A DNA stretch of 33,524 nucleotides from an uncultured Erysipelotrichaceae bacterium (GTDB lineage: Bacteria > Bacillota_I > Bacilli_A > Erysipelotrichales > Erysipelotrichaceae). The notes below the pieces were generated by a model. The model searched no databases, was not told the origin of the DNA, and saw nothing but the letters and a program-made list of their open reading frames with translations. The position numbers and the translations under genes were made by a program. Shown piece after piece: positions 8,977-17,154 of the stretch. The stretch is taken from contig CAZLWH010000003.1 in assembly GCA_964563265.1 (NCBI GenBank), forward strand, positions 1,264 through 34,787, written 5' to 3'. Within the stretch, counting starts at the first letter, position 1. Each line of letters begins with the position of its first letter.

Positions 8977-10350
8977 ATGTTGGATTCTATCTTAAATGTT
9001 TTACAGCAGATTCTGTCCACCCCGTCAATCTTGGTTGGTTTGATCGCCTTGATCGGTTTGGTTGCTCAAAAGAAACCAATCGAAATCGTCATCAAAGGCA
9101 CCATTAAAACCATCTTGGGTTTCTTGGTCATCGGGGCAGGTGCCGGTATCTTGGTTGGCGCCTTAAATTATTTCGGAGCATTGTTTAATTTTGGATTCGG
9201 AGTCAGCGGTGTTGTTCCTAACAATGAAGCCATCGTTTCATTGGCACTTGAAGACTATGCACAAGCGACCGCTTACATCATGGCGTTCGGTATGGTTGCT
9301 AACATTCTGTTGGCCCGCTTCTCTCGTATGAAATACATCTTCCTGACTGGTCACCACACACTGTATATGGCTGCGTTGATCGCTGTCGTTCTGACGGTTG
9401 GCGGTTTGGAAGGCTGGCAGTTGATTCTTGGTGGTTCGGCTCTGTTGGGCTTCACCATGGCATTCTTCCCGGCGATCGCCCAAAAGACGATGGTCAAAAT
9501 TACCGGTGACGATTCCGTTGCGTTTGGTCACTTTGGTACCTTGGGTTATGTCTTCTCCGCTTGGATCGGAAGCTTGGTTGGTAAAGGCTCCAAATCCACT
9601 GAAGAAATCAAATTCCCGAAACGTTTATCCTTCCTTCGTGATACTTCTGTAGCGATTTCCTTGACGATGTTCATCTTCTTCTTGGTCGTTACAATTAAAG
9701 CTGTTTACACTGAAGGCTTCGATCCTGCGATGGTCAATAACCAGCAATTCGTAATCTTCAGCATCATCCAATCCTTGACTTTCGCCGGCGGCGTTTATAT
9801 CGTCTTGGCTGGTGTTCGTTTGGTCTTGGCTGAAATCGTTCCTGCGTTCAAAGGGATCTCTGAAAAGATCGTTCCGGATGCCAAACCTGCTTTGGACTGC
9901 CCGGTTGTCTTCCCGTACGCTGAAAACGCTGTTCTGATTGGTTTCTTGGTTTTCTTCTTGGGCGGTTTGGTTGGCTTGGGCATTCTGTCCGTGCTCAACG
10001 GCGCCGGCGTTACATTGGCTTTGATTCTTCCTGGCGTTATTCCGCACTTCTTCTGCGGCGCGACAGCCGGTGTCTTCGGTAATGCGACCGGCGGACGCAG
10101 AGGTGCCGTATTGGGTGCCTTCGGTCATGGCTTGTTGATTACTTTCTTGCCAGCATTCTTGATGCCGGTATTGGGCAGCTTAGGCTTTGCCAATACGACC
10201 TTCTCCGATGCTGACTTCACGGCTGTTGGTATCATCTTCGGAAACGTCGCGAATGCTGTTCAAGGCTATGGCCTGTTGGCAATCTGTGTCGTCGTCTTCC
10301 TGCTCCCGATCGCTTACGCATTAGTCGTACCTGCTAAAAAAGCAGTCTAA
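8977..10350 (+). CDS. PTS EIIC transporter, L-ascorbate (SgaT/UlaA) family
   Basis: A 457-aa polytopic protein with the typical UlaA-like N-terminus (ILSTPSILVGLIALIGL...). A strong RBS AAGGAG is present. It sits between cognate EIIA and EIIB genes. Confidence 0.9.
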   Translation: MLDSILNVLQQILSTPSILVGLIALIGLVAQKKPIEIVIKGTIKTILGFLVIGAGAGILVGALNYFGALFNFGFGVSGVVPNNEAIVSLALEDYAQATAYIMAFGMVANILLARFSRMKYIFLTGHHTLYMAALIAVVLTVGGLEGWQLILGGSALLGFTMAFFPAIAQKTMVKITGDDSVAFGHFGTLGYVFSAWIGSLVGKGSKSTEEIKFPKRLSFLRDTSVAISLTMFIFFLVVTIKAVYTEGFDPAMVNNQQFVIFSIIQSLTFAGGVYIVLAGVRLVLAEIVPAFKGISEKIVPDAKPALDCPVVFPYAENAVLIGFLVFFLGGLVGLGILSVLNGAGVTLALILPGVIPHFFCGATAGVFGNATGGRRGAVLGAFGHGLLITFLPAFLMPVLGSLGFANTTFSDADFTAVGIIFGNVANAVQGYGLLAICVVVFLLPIAYALVVPAKKAV

Positions 10351-10365
10351 TCGGTTATAATGAAT

Positions 10366-10394
10366 ATCGGGAGGATTAGTATAATCCTCCCGAT
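10366..10394 (+). promoter_or_regulatory. Perfect 12-bp intercistronic hairpin between the EIIC and EIIB genes
   Basis: ATCGGGAGGATT (10366-10377), loop AGTAT, AATCCTCCCGAT (10383-10394). No T-run follows. The arms contain an SD-like GGGAGGA and an anti-SD-like CCTCCC. Confidence 0.6.
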
Positions 10395-10414
10395 GTCTTA
10401 GTGAAGGAGGACAA

Positions 10415-10705
10415 ATGAAGTTCGAAAAAATCTTATGTGTTTGCGGCAGTGGTCTGGGATCTTCGTTTTTGGTTCAGATGAACGTTGAAAAAGTCTTGAA
10501 AAAAATGGGCGTTGAAGATGTCGAAGTGACACACTCTGCAGCCACCGATGTCTACAGGGGCGTCGCAGACCTCTTTGTCATCGGAAAAGACATGTATGAT
10601 ATCTGTTCACCTTACGGTGACTGCATCATCCTTGACAACATCATTTCCTTACCGGAACTCGAGAAAAAAATAAGTGCATACTTAACTGAGAAAGGTGTTA
10701 TCTAG
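10415..10705 (+). CDS. PTS EIIB component, L-ascorbate (SgaB/UlaB) family
   Basis: 96 aa. ILCVCGSGLGSSFLVQMNV is the UlaB-type phospho-Cys loop. RBS GAAGGAGG lies upstream. Confidence 0.85.
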   Translation: MKFEKILCVCGSGLGSSFLVQMNVEKVLKKMGVEDVEVTHSAATDVYRGVADLFVIGKDMYDICSPYGDCIILDNIISLPELEKKISAYLTEKGVI

Positions 10706-10717
10706 GATAACACCTTT
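10691..10717 (+). terminator. Stop-codon-embedded hairpin, possibly a weak or partial terminator before the transketolase genes
   Basis: AAAGGTGTTATC-TAG-GATAACACCTTT then ATT. The stem is a perfect 12 bp, with the EIIB stop codon TAG as its loop. The T-tract is short. Confidence 0.4.
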
Positions 10718-10731
10718 ATTAAAGGAGAATA

Positions 10732-11574
10732 ATGAGACCTCAAGAATTACAACGTTTCTCAGCCCAAATCCGGCTGGAAACTTCTAAGATGCTTTTAAAA
10801 CGGGGATTTGGACATTTGGGTGGATCCTTTTCCATCGTAGAGACCTTATCTGTTCTGTATGGTGACGTCATGAAGATCGATCCACAGAATCCAAAATGGG
10901 AAGAGCGCGATTGGTTTGTTTTATCCAAAGGCCATGCCGGACCGGCATTGTATTCAACGCTGGCTTTAAAGGGGTATTTCCCGCTGGCATGGTTGGATAC
11001 GCTCAACAACAACGGGACCCGATTACCGTCTCACCCTGACCGTTTAAGGACGCCAGGCGTCGATTGCACGACAGGCTCACTGGGCCAGGGCATCTCACAG
11101 GCCGTTGGCTTAGCCAAAGCATTTCAGATCGATCATAAACCCAACCGGGTCTATTGTATCGTTGGTGACGGAGAACTCAATGAAGGTCAAGTCTGGGAAG
11201 CCATTCAGTTTGCGGCCCACAACAAGCTTAGCCAACTCCTTTTGTTTATCGATGAAAACCACAAACAGCTCGACGGATTGACCAAAGACATCATGAATCC
11301 TTTTGACCTACGTGCCAAACTCGATGCCTTCGGTTTCAATACGATCCGGATCAAAGGCAACGATGAAGCCTTGATCTTAAAAACCATCCGGGAATGCCAA
11401 AGCGTAACCGATAAACCATCCTGTATCGTCTTGGATACCCTCAAAGGCCAAGGCGTGAAATACTTTGAAAACCTCAGTGACAACCATCATATCCGTTTCG
11501 CCAATGAAAGCGAAAATGAACTGAAAGCCGCCATCGCCTTCTTGGAAGGCGAAGTCAATAAGGAGCTCCAATGA
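10732..11574 (+). CDS. Transketolase, N-terminal (TPP-binding) subunit
   Basis: 280 aa with GHLGGSFS, LSKGHAGPALY and GDGELNEGQVWEA motifs of split transketolases. Confidence 0.9.
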   Translation: MRPQELQRFSAQIRLETSKMLLKRGFGHLGGSFSIVETLSVLYGDVMKIDPQNPKWEERDWFVLSKGHAGPALYSTLALKGYFPLAWLDTLNNNGTRLPSHPDRLRTPGVDCTTGSLGQGISQAVGLAKAFQIDHKPNRVYCIVGDGELNEGQVWEAIQFAAHNKLSQLLLFIDENHKQLDGLTKDIMNPFDLRAKLDAFGFNTIRIKGNDEALILKTIRECQSVTDKPSCIVLDTLKGQGVKYFENLSDNHHIRFANESENELKAAIAFLEGEVNKELQ

Positions 11575-12524
11575 AGATCGTGAAAGCCTCAGTTCAGGCT
11601 CCAAAAGAACTCAGAACCGTGTATATGGAAACCTTGAGCCAGATGATGGCCAAGAATCCGCAGATCATCGCCATGGATGCCGATTTGGTGGGTGCTTCAG
11701 GCACGGCCAAATTATTCAAAGCCTTCCCTGAACGTTGTATCAACATGGGCATTTCTGAAGCCAACATGATGGGGGCTGCCGCAGGCATGTCTCTTTACGG
11801 CAAGATCCCGTTCATTCATACCTTTGCCCCGTTTGCGACCCGCAGGGTCTATGATCAGCTCTATATGGCCGGTGTCTATCAACAGGCCAATGTTAAGATC
11901 TATGGCTCGGATCCGGGTTATTTGGCCATCCATAACGGGGGGACTCATACTTCGATGGAAGACATCGCGATCACCCGCGTCTTACCGGGACTGACCGTCT
12001 TGTCTCCCAGCGATGCGACCCAGTTTGTCTGGTGCCTCAACAAAGCTGCCGAAACCTATGGTTGTTTCTATATCCGTGCCGGACGCAAGGGAACTTTGGA
12101 TCTTTACGATTCCTCTTCCGAATTCGAATTGGGTAAAGGCATCATCCTTGAAGAAGGAAATGATGTCGTGATGTTTGCGGTCGGAGACATGGTTTCGGAA
12201 AGCCTGAAGGTCAAAGCGGCTTTAGAATCTGAAGGCATCAGTGTTATGATCGTCGATCTCTTTTCGATCAAGCCTTTGGATACCGAATTGATCAGAAAAG
12301 TTTCAGTAGGCAAGAAACTGATCGTGTCTGTAGAAAATCACTCCAAGATCGGCTGTTTGGGCTCAGCGGTCGCTGAAGTCCTCGCTGAAAATGCGATCGG
12401 AGTTCCGTTGCTTCTGATCGCCGTCAATGACCGTTTCAGTGAAGTCGGTACGGCCGATTATCTCTCCAAGACCTTGGAACTGGATCCTGAATCCATCATC
12501 CGTAAAATCAAAGCCAAACTCTAA
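11571..12524 (+). CDS. Transketolase, C-terminal (pyrimidine-binding) subunit
   Basis: 317 aa. It shows INMGISEANMMGAAAGMS and a 4-nt overlap with the N-terminal subunit gene. Confidence 0.9.
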   Translation: MKIVKASVQAPKELRTVYMETLSQMMAKNPQIIAMDADLVGASGTAKLFKAFPERCINMGISEANMMGAAAGMSLYGKIPFIHTFAPFATRRVYDQLYMAGVYQQANVKIYGSDPGYLAIHNGGTHTSMEDIAITRVLPGLTVLSPSDATQFVWCLNKAAETYGCFYIRAGRKGTLDLYDSSSEFELGKGIILEEGNDVVMFAVGDMVSESLKVKAALESEGISVMIVDLFSIKPLDTELIRKVSVGKKLIVSVENHSKIGCLGSAVAEVLAENAIGVPLLLIAVNDRFSEVGTADYLSKTLELDPESIIRKIKAKL

Positions 12525-12555
12525 AAAAATCCCCGGACAATGTTCGGGGATTTTT
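12525..12555. terminator. Bidirectional intrinsic terminator between convergent operons
   Basis: AAAAATCCCCG (12525-12535), a 9-nt loop, CGGGGATTTTT (12545-12555). Confidence 0.7.
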
Positions 12556-12556
12556 A

Positions 12557-13240
12557 CTATTTAAGGGAAGCGATGGTGACGCCTTCACCAAAGCTGGACT
12601 CCCAATCGGATTTGAAGTCACTGACCGCTTTGGCTAAGGAAGGGAACTTGAAGATATCATCGATCAGGTCTGGATCCAGCGTGACCGCATGGACACCGCA
12701 GTTGATGGCTTCATTGATCTGAGCCAGGTTTTTGAAACTGGCCGCGACGATTTTGGCTTCAGAGCCTTCATTGGCGATAAACAAGGCCATGGCGCTTAAG
12801 GTTTCATTCGGATCGATGTCCAGGTTGGCCATACGATTGACATAAGGGGCCAAATAATCGGCACCGGCCAAGACAGCCATATGGGCCTGAAGTTTAGAGT
12901 AGATGGCGGTTGCGGTGACATTGATGCCTTGCGACTTCAGGATCTTCATGGCTTTGATGCCTTCCGGGGTCGTGGGGATCTTAATGTAGACCTCTTTATC
13001 GACTTTTTCAAGCAGGGCTTTCGCATCCGCTAAAATGGCGTCTGCGGTTTCTCCGATGACTTGAATGTGTAAGCTGCGTTCAAAGCCGATCAATTCACGG
13101 ATGGCTTTGAAATGATTGAAGAAATCAGTGGTGTTTTCTTTCTTGAAGATACTGGGATTGGTGGTGACCCCGCTGATCGGATAAAGATCGATGGCGCGTT
13201 TGATTTTGTTCAGGTTTGCTGTGTCTAGGATGAGTTCCAT
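12557..13240 (-). CDS. Fructose-6-phosphate aldolase / transaldolase, TalC-Fsa subfamily
   Basis: MELILDTANL...GVTTNPSI...YIKIPTT...NVTAIYS is the short (about 220 aa) transaldolase-like pattern. The start is ATG 13240 after AGAGG; the 11-codon longer tracked start is rejected. Confidence 0.85.
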   Translation of the reverse strand: MELILDTANLNKIKRAIDLYPISGVTTNPSIFKKENTTDFFNHFKAIRELIGFERSLHIQVIGETADAILADAKALLEKVDKEVYIKIPTTPEGIKAMKILKSQGINVTATAIYSKLQAHMAVLAGADYLAPYVNRMANLDIDPNETLSAMALFIANEGSEAKIVAASFKNLAQINEAINCGVHAVTLDPDLIDDIFKFPSLAKAVSDFKSDWESSFGEGVTIASLK

Positions 13241-13281
13241 TATTTTACCTCTTTTACAGTTAATTATACACATTCACAGGC

Positions 13282-14304
13282 TCAATAGCCGGAAGTCAGG
13301 GTCTGATTTTCGTCATGGATTTTTGCAATTAAGGCATCGCAGAAGCCATCGAAGTCCGGTTCCAGTTCTTTGAGCTCAGGATGATCTTCCATATAGGCAA
13401 GATACGCAATCAGACCTTCTTTGAGTGAGATCCGCGGATTGAAGTCAGGGACGAAGGATTTCAGTTTCTTGATATCATAGATGCAGGAAAACATCTTATC
13501 GCCTTGGATCGAGGTCTTGAAGTCATACGTTGGGCAACTGGCCAAGGCCACAGAGCTCAAATAGACCGGCTTATAATCGACCTTCAAAGCTTCTGCTAAG
13601 ATCCGATAAACCTCATTCCAGGTATGCGAGGCCGGATTCATGATCTGTATGATCTCACCGAGGGCTTTGGGGTGATTGATCAAGGGGATGAACCCTTTGG
13701 CGAAATCATCCGCATGGGTGGACGCCCAAACCGACTCGCCGTCTCCATGAACCAAGACTTCTTTGCCTTCGATCATCCGCTGGATGACCGGCCAACAGCC
13801 TTTGCCTTTGACGGACACCGGAATACGGTTCTCACTGTAGGTCTGAGAAGGACGGACAATGGTGATTGGGAATGCTTCATGATGGTATGCGTTTAGGAAA
13901 ACCTCTTCAGCCGCAGCTTTGTTTTGGCCATATCCGCTGAATCGGTTGCCTCTGGGGGTTTCTTCCGTGATGACCAGATGATGTTCATGATCAAGGGCTG
14001 CTACGGTACTGATCAAGATGAACTGTTTGGTCTTGCCGCTGAAGAGCTCAAGACGCTGTTGGGCTTGCTGAGGGGTAAAAAGGATAAAGTCGATGACACA
14101 GTCAAAGCTTCTGTCTTTGAGTAAAGTGTGTATAGAAGCGGTCTCATTGAGATCACCGATCAGGATCTCGATGTTGGGATCCAGAGCGGCATTTTTATGA
14201 CCGCGATTGATCAGGGTGACTTTTGTTCCTGGGGTCTTGGCTAAGGCCGATGTGATCGGGGAAGAGATGGTTCCTGTTCCCCCTAAGATAAGGATATTAC
14301 GCAT
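13282..14304 (-). CDS. NAD-dependent epimerase/dehydratase family (extended SDR) protein
   Basis: 340 aa with an N-terminal Rossmann motif ILILGGTGTIS. The substrate cannot be inferred. Confidence 0.75.
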   Translation of the reverse strand: MRNILILGGTGTISSPITSALAKTPGTKVTLINRGHKNAALDPNIEILIGDLNETASIHTLLKDRSFDCVIDFILFTPQQAQQRLELFSGKTKQFILISTVAALDHEHHLVITEETPRGNRFSGYGQNKAAAEEVFLNAYHHEAFPITIVRPSQTYSENRIPVSVKGKGCWPVIQRMIEGKEVLVHGDGESVWASTHADDFAKGFIPLINHPKALGEIIQIMNPASHTWNEVYRILAEALKVDYKPVYLSSVALASCPTYDFKTSIQGDKMFSCIYDIKKLKSFVPDFNPRISLKEGLIAYLAYMEDHPELKELEPDFDGFCDALIAKIHDENQTLTSGY

Positions 14305-15112
14305 TGAGTTTCTCCATCAGCTGAAGCAACAAGACTTCTAGCTTTTCTGCCGCTTTGTTGGCCATGTCGACAACACGGTGATGATCATGTTTGACCTTTT
14401 GGATGCCGGTGGCCATGTTGGTGACGACCGCAAAGGCCAATACTTTCATGCCGCAATGATTGGCGGCAATGGTTTCAGGAACCGTACTCATGCCGACCAA
14501 ATCGGCACCCAATACTTTCGCGGCCCTGATCTCGGCTTTGGTTTCATAATAAGGTCCGCTGAAATGTGCATAGACCCCTTCTTTTAGACTCGGGTCCAAG
14601 GTTTTGACTTTATGGATCAGATCATAAGAATACGGTTCGCTCATATCCGGAAAACGAGGTCCCAATGAATCATCATTGACCCCGATCAAGGGATTGATCC
14701 ATACCATATTGATGAAATCATGGATCAAAACGATGTCGCCGGGTTGATAATCTTCATTCACGCCTCCGCAGGCATTGGTCAGGATCAAAGTCTCTACTCC
14801 CAATGCTTTTAACACGTAAATCGGAAAAACGACTTCTTTCATACTGTAGCCTTCATAGAAGTGGAAACGGCCTTGAAGCATGACCACCGGCTGACCTTTC
14901 AGCTTACCGGTCACCAGTTGGCCTTTGTGGCCAACCACGGTCGATTTTGGGAAATAGGGCAGTTCAGCGTAAGGGAATATCTGCTGATCGGTGACTTCAT
15001 CCACGAGATTTCCCAAGCCGGTCCCCAAGACCAAAGCGACCGTTGGGGAAACTTTGATCTGTTTCTTTAAGTAAGCAGCACATTCATCGATTTTAAGTTT
15101 GTAGTTTTCCAT
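14297..15112 (-). CDS. Purine nucleoside phosphorylase, trimeric PNP/MTAP family (PunA-like)
   Basis: ALVLGTGLG, GRFHFYEGY, LTNACGG, GPRFPDMS and VGMSTVPE motifs are present. The start is ATG 15112 after GAGG; the 15-codon extension in the track is rejected. Its stop overlaps the SDR start (ATGCGTAA). Confidence 0.85.
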   Translation of the reverse strand: MENYKLKIDECAAYLKKQIKVSPTVALVLGTGLGNLVDEVTDQQIFPYAELPYFPKSTVVGHKGQLVTGKLKGQPVVMLQGRFHFYEGYSMKEVVFPIYVLKALGVETLILTNACGGVNEDYQPGDIVLIHDFINMVWINPLIGVNDDSLGPRFPDMSEPYSYDLIHKVKTLDPSLKEGVYAHFSGPYYETKAEIRAAKVLGADLVGMSTVPETIAANHCGMKVLAFAVVTNMATGIQKVKHDHHRVVDMANKAAEKLEVLLLQLMEKLNA

Positions 15113-15150
15113 AGAGTCCTCTACCTCTATTATACTTGGGTTCAAATCAA

Positions 15151-15179
15151 TTGACACACTTTAATAATTGGGGTATTTT
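15151..15179 (+). promoter_or_regulatory. Sigma-A type promoter for the lipoprotein gene
   Basis: TTGACA at 15151-15156, a 17-nt spacer, TATTTT at 15174-15179. Confidence 0.5.
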
Positions 15180-15199
15180 ACCTTCAGGAGTAATTACCC

Positions 15200-15514
15200 A
15201 TGAACTTAAAGAGAATCTGGATCGTATTGGCATTATCCTTGGTATTGGGCTTAGGACTGGCATCCTGCTCAAGCACACCCGGAACCAAAGAATTCACCAC
15301 GGCTGAACTGGCAACCTATAACGGACAAAATGGTCAGAAAGCCTACATTGCGGTCAGCGGTAAAGTCTATGACGTTACCAATGTGGAAGAGTGGAGTGAT
15401 GGGAGTCATCAAGGCAATCTAGCCGGCAAGGATCTGACGTCCATCATCGTCACTGCCCCTCACGGGACCGCTGTTCTAAATAATCTTAAAATTGTCGGAA
15501 CTTTGGTCAACTAA
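15200..15514 (+). CDS. Cytochrome b5-like heme/steroid-binding domain lipoprotein (MAPR-like)
   Basis: Signal peptide with lipobox LASC. ELATYNGQNGQKAYIAVSGKVYDVT...LAGKDLT resembles the MAPR/cyt-b5 fold pattern but lacks the HPGG heme-ligand motif. Confidence 0.7.
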   Translation: MNLKRIWIVLALSLVLGLGLASCSSTPGTKEFTTAELATYNGQNGQKAYIAVSGKVYDVTNVEEWSDGSHQGNLAGKDLTSIIVTAPHGTAVLNNLKIVGTLVN

Positions 15515-15535
15515 AACTGCGAAAGCAGTTTTTTT
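15514..15535. terminator. Bidirectional intrinsic terminator
   Basis: AAACTGC-GAAA-GCAGTTT with A/T-run flanks, between convergent genes. Confidence 0.65.
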
Positions 15536-15800
15536 AATGCCGAGGTGTTCTGAGATAATCTCGAACATGCGTGATCCAAAGGAGATCGATTGGATCTCTA
15601 TCTTCACTAAACCGGATATAAGGCAGTGCCTTTTGCGGATGGTTTCTCAGATCCATCATTTCATCCATTTCTTTTCTGGTTCGATGGCCATGTTTCAAGC
15701 CATCGATCCAGATCCCAAAACCTTCAACAACAACCTTCTCAGCATGCCTCTTGGCTGTTTCAGACAGATCCTCATACATCAATGCTTTCGTTTTCATCAT
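15534..15800 (-). CDS. Hypothetical cytoplasmic protein (88 aa)
   Basis: ATG preceded by GGAGGA. There is no hydrophobic segment and I recognise no family with confidence. Confidence 0.5.
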   Translation of the reverse strand: MMKTKALMYEDLSETAKRHAEKVVVEGFGIWIDGLKHGHRTRKEMDEMMDLRNHPQKALPYIRFSEDRDPIDLLWITHVRDYLRTPRH

Positions 15801-15918
15801 CGTTTTCCTCCGTGTGTTTTTGACACACCGTATAGGGGCGCGAAAACACGATTCGCACGTCTATTTTCGTAATGTGTATAAACACCGCTGACATGCGGTG
15901 AATCAGGGCCGGGGAGTT

Positions 15919-15947
15919 TTGTGAAAGCGGGTGGTCTGTGCTAAAAT
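15919..15947 (+). promoter_or_regulatory. Sigma-A type promoter for the ATP-grasp/esterase pair
   Basis: TTGTGA at 15919-15924, a 17-nt spacer ending in TGc, TAAAAT at 15942-15947. Confidence 0.5.
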
Positions 15948-15978
15948 ATTCACCAGAGAAGCGCTTCGAGGTAATCGT

Positions 15979-17154
15979 GTGAACTACATTTTCTTTTCTC
16001 CTAACTTTCCATCCAACTTCAAATATTTTGTACTGAGACTGCGAGATCACGGGGTCAACGTGTTTGGGATCGGTTCCGATACCACGGAACAGCTTGATCC
16101 TGAGTTGCGTTCAGCCCTAAACGGTTATTACCGTGTCGATTCGATGGAAGACTATGATCAGGTGTATAAAGCGGTGGCGTATTTCGTCTTCACTTATGGC
16201 CGAATTGAGCGCTATGAATCCCACAATGAATACTGGCTTGAACAGGATGCCTCCATCCGTACCGATTTTAATATTCCCGGTCTTAAGACCGCGGATCTGC
16301 CTTCCATCAAACAGAAATCCAAGATGAAAGACATCTTTCGGTCATTGGGGATCCCGGTCGCCAAAGGACAGCCTGTCTTGACCTTAAGCGAAGCAAAAGA
16401 CACCGCCAAGGCCTTAGGATATCCGGTTTTGGTCAAACCCGACAAAGGGGTCGGAGCGGCCTATACCTACAAGATCGAAAACGTCAAACAATTGACCTCG
16501 TTTTTCAATCAGAAACCGCCGATGACCTTCATCATGGAGGAATTCATCAACGGAGACATCGAAACTTTCGATGGACTGACCGATGCCTCAGGCAACATCA
16601 TCTTCGTCAATTCCTTTGTCTATAATGCCGGAGTCATGGACGCTGTCAACAAAGGCGACGACATGTATTACTATACCCGCCGCAAGATCCCTGCTGATCT
16701 GCAGAAAGCCGGCACCGCTTGTGTCAAAGCCTATAAACTGAAAGAGCGTTTCTTTCATTTTGAGTTCTTCAGACTCAAAGACGGGTCTTTGATGGCCCTT
16801 GAGATCAACGTCAGACCTCCGGGAGGCCTATCGATGGATATGTTCAACTTTACCAACGATGAGGATCTCTTTGATGCCTATGCGAGGGTCATTGTGGAAG
16901 AGGACTTCAAAGTCAAAAACAACCGGCTCTATCATGTCTTTTACATCGGTCTCAAAGACCACAATCTTCCTTTATTGAAACAGGATCTAAAAAGCTCCTT
17001 GGCCAAATACAAACTGATCACCGTCTTTAACGGTGAGATCGCTTCGATCTTTGCCCCGGCCATCGGGAATTATGCCATCATCCTTCGTCATCCCGATCTT
17101 GACGTATTGAAGAAAGCCGCGGTCGAAATCATGGCCAAGAAAGAGTCCCGATGA
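15979..17154 (+). CDS. ATP-grasp domain protein (carboxylate-amine ligase type, substrate unknown)
   Basis: GYPVLVKPDKGVGA, IMEEFINGD and ALEINVRPPGG follow the ATP-grasp pattern. The start is GTG 15979, 7 nt after GAGG. The tracked start at 15931 sits on the promoter and is rejected. Confidence 0.8.
   Translation: MNYIFFSPNFPSNFKYFVLRLRDHGVNVFGIGSDTTEQLDPELRSALNGYYRVDSMEDYDQVYKAVAYFVFTYGRIERYESHNEYWLEQDASIRTDFNIPGLKTADLPSIKQKSKMKDIFRSLGIPVAKGQPVLTLSEAKDTAKALGYPVLVKPDKGVGAAYTYKIENVKQLTSFFNQKPPMTFIMEEFINGDIETFDGLTDASGNIIFVNSFVYNAGVMDAVNKGDDMYYYTRRKIPADLQKAGTACVKAYKLKERFFHFEFFRLKDGSLMALEINVRPPGGLSMDMFNFTNDEDLFDAYARVIVEEDFKVKNNRLYHVFYIGLKDHNLPLLKQDLKSSLAKYKLITVFNGEIASIFAPAIGNYAIILRHPDLDVLKKAAVEIMAKKESR

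Noticed and set aside
9625-10128. Long antisense or alternative-frame ORFs in the track, for example 9625-10128(-), 30541-31116(-), 26086-26565(+), 26949-27416(+), 6163-6534(-), 18410-18814(-), 7472-7858(-).
   Set aside because: Each overlaps a gene with clear family motifs on the other strand or frame. Their translations are repetitive and charged and lack starts with ribosome-binding sites. I treat them as shadow ORFs of the biased codon usage.
8977-10350. Different codon flavour (more TTG, GGT, GTT, GCT; fewer GATC) in the ascorbate-family EIIC gene, as a sign of horizontal transfer.
   Set aside because: The protein is very hydrophobic and poor in Asp, which by itself lowers GATC. The codon pattern is equally compatible with high expression. 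It cannot be judged without genome-wide codon statistics.
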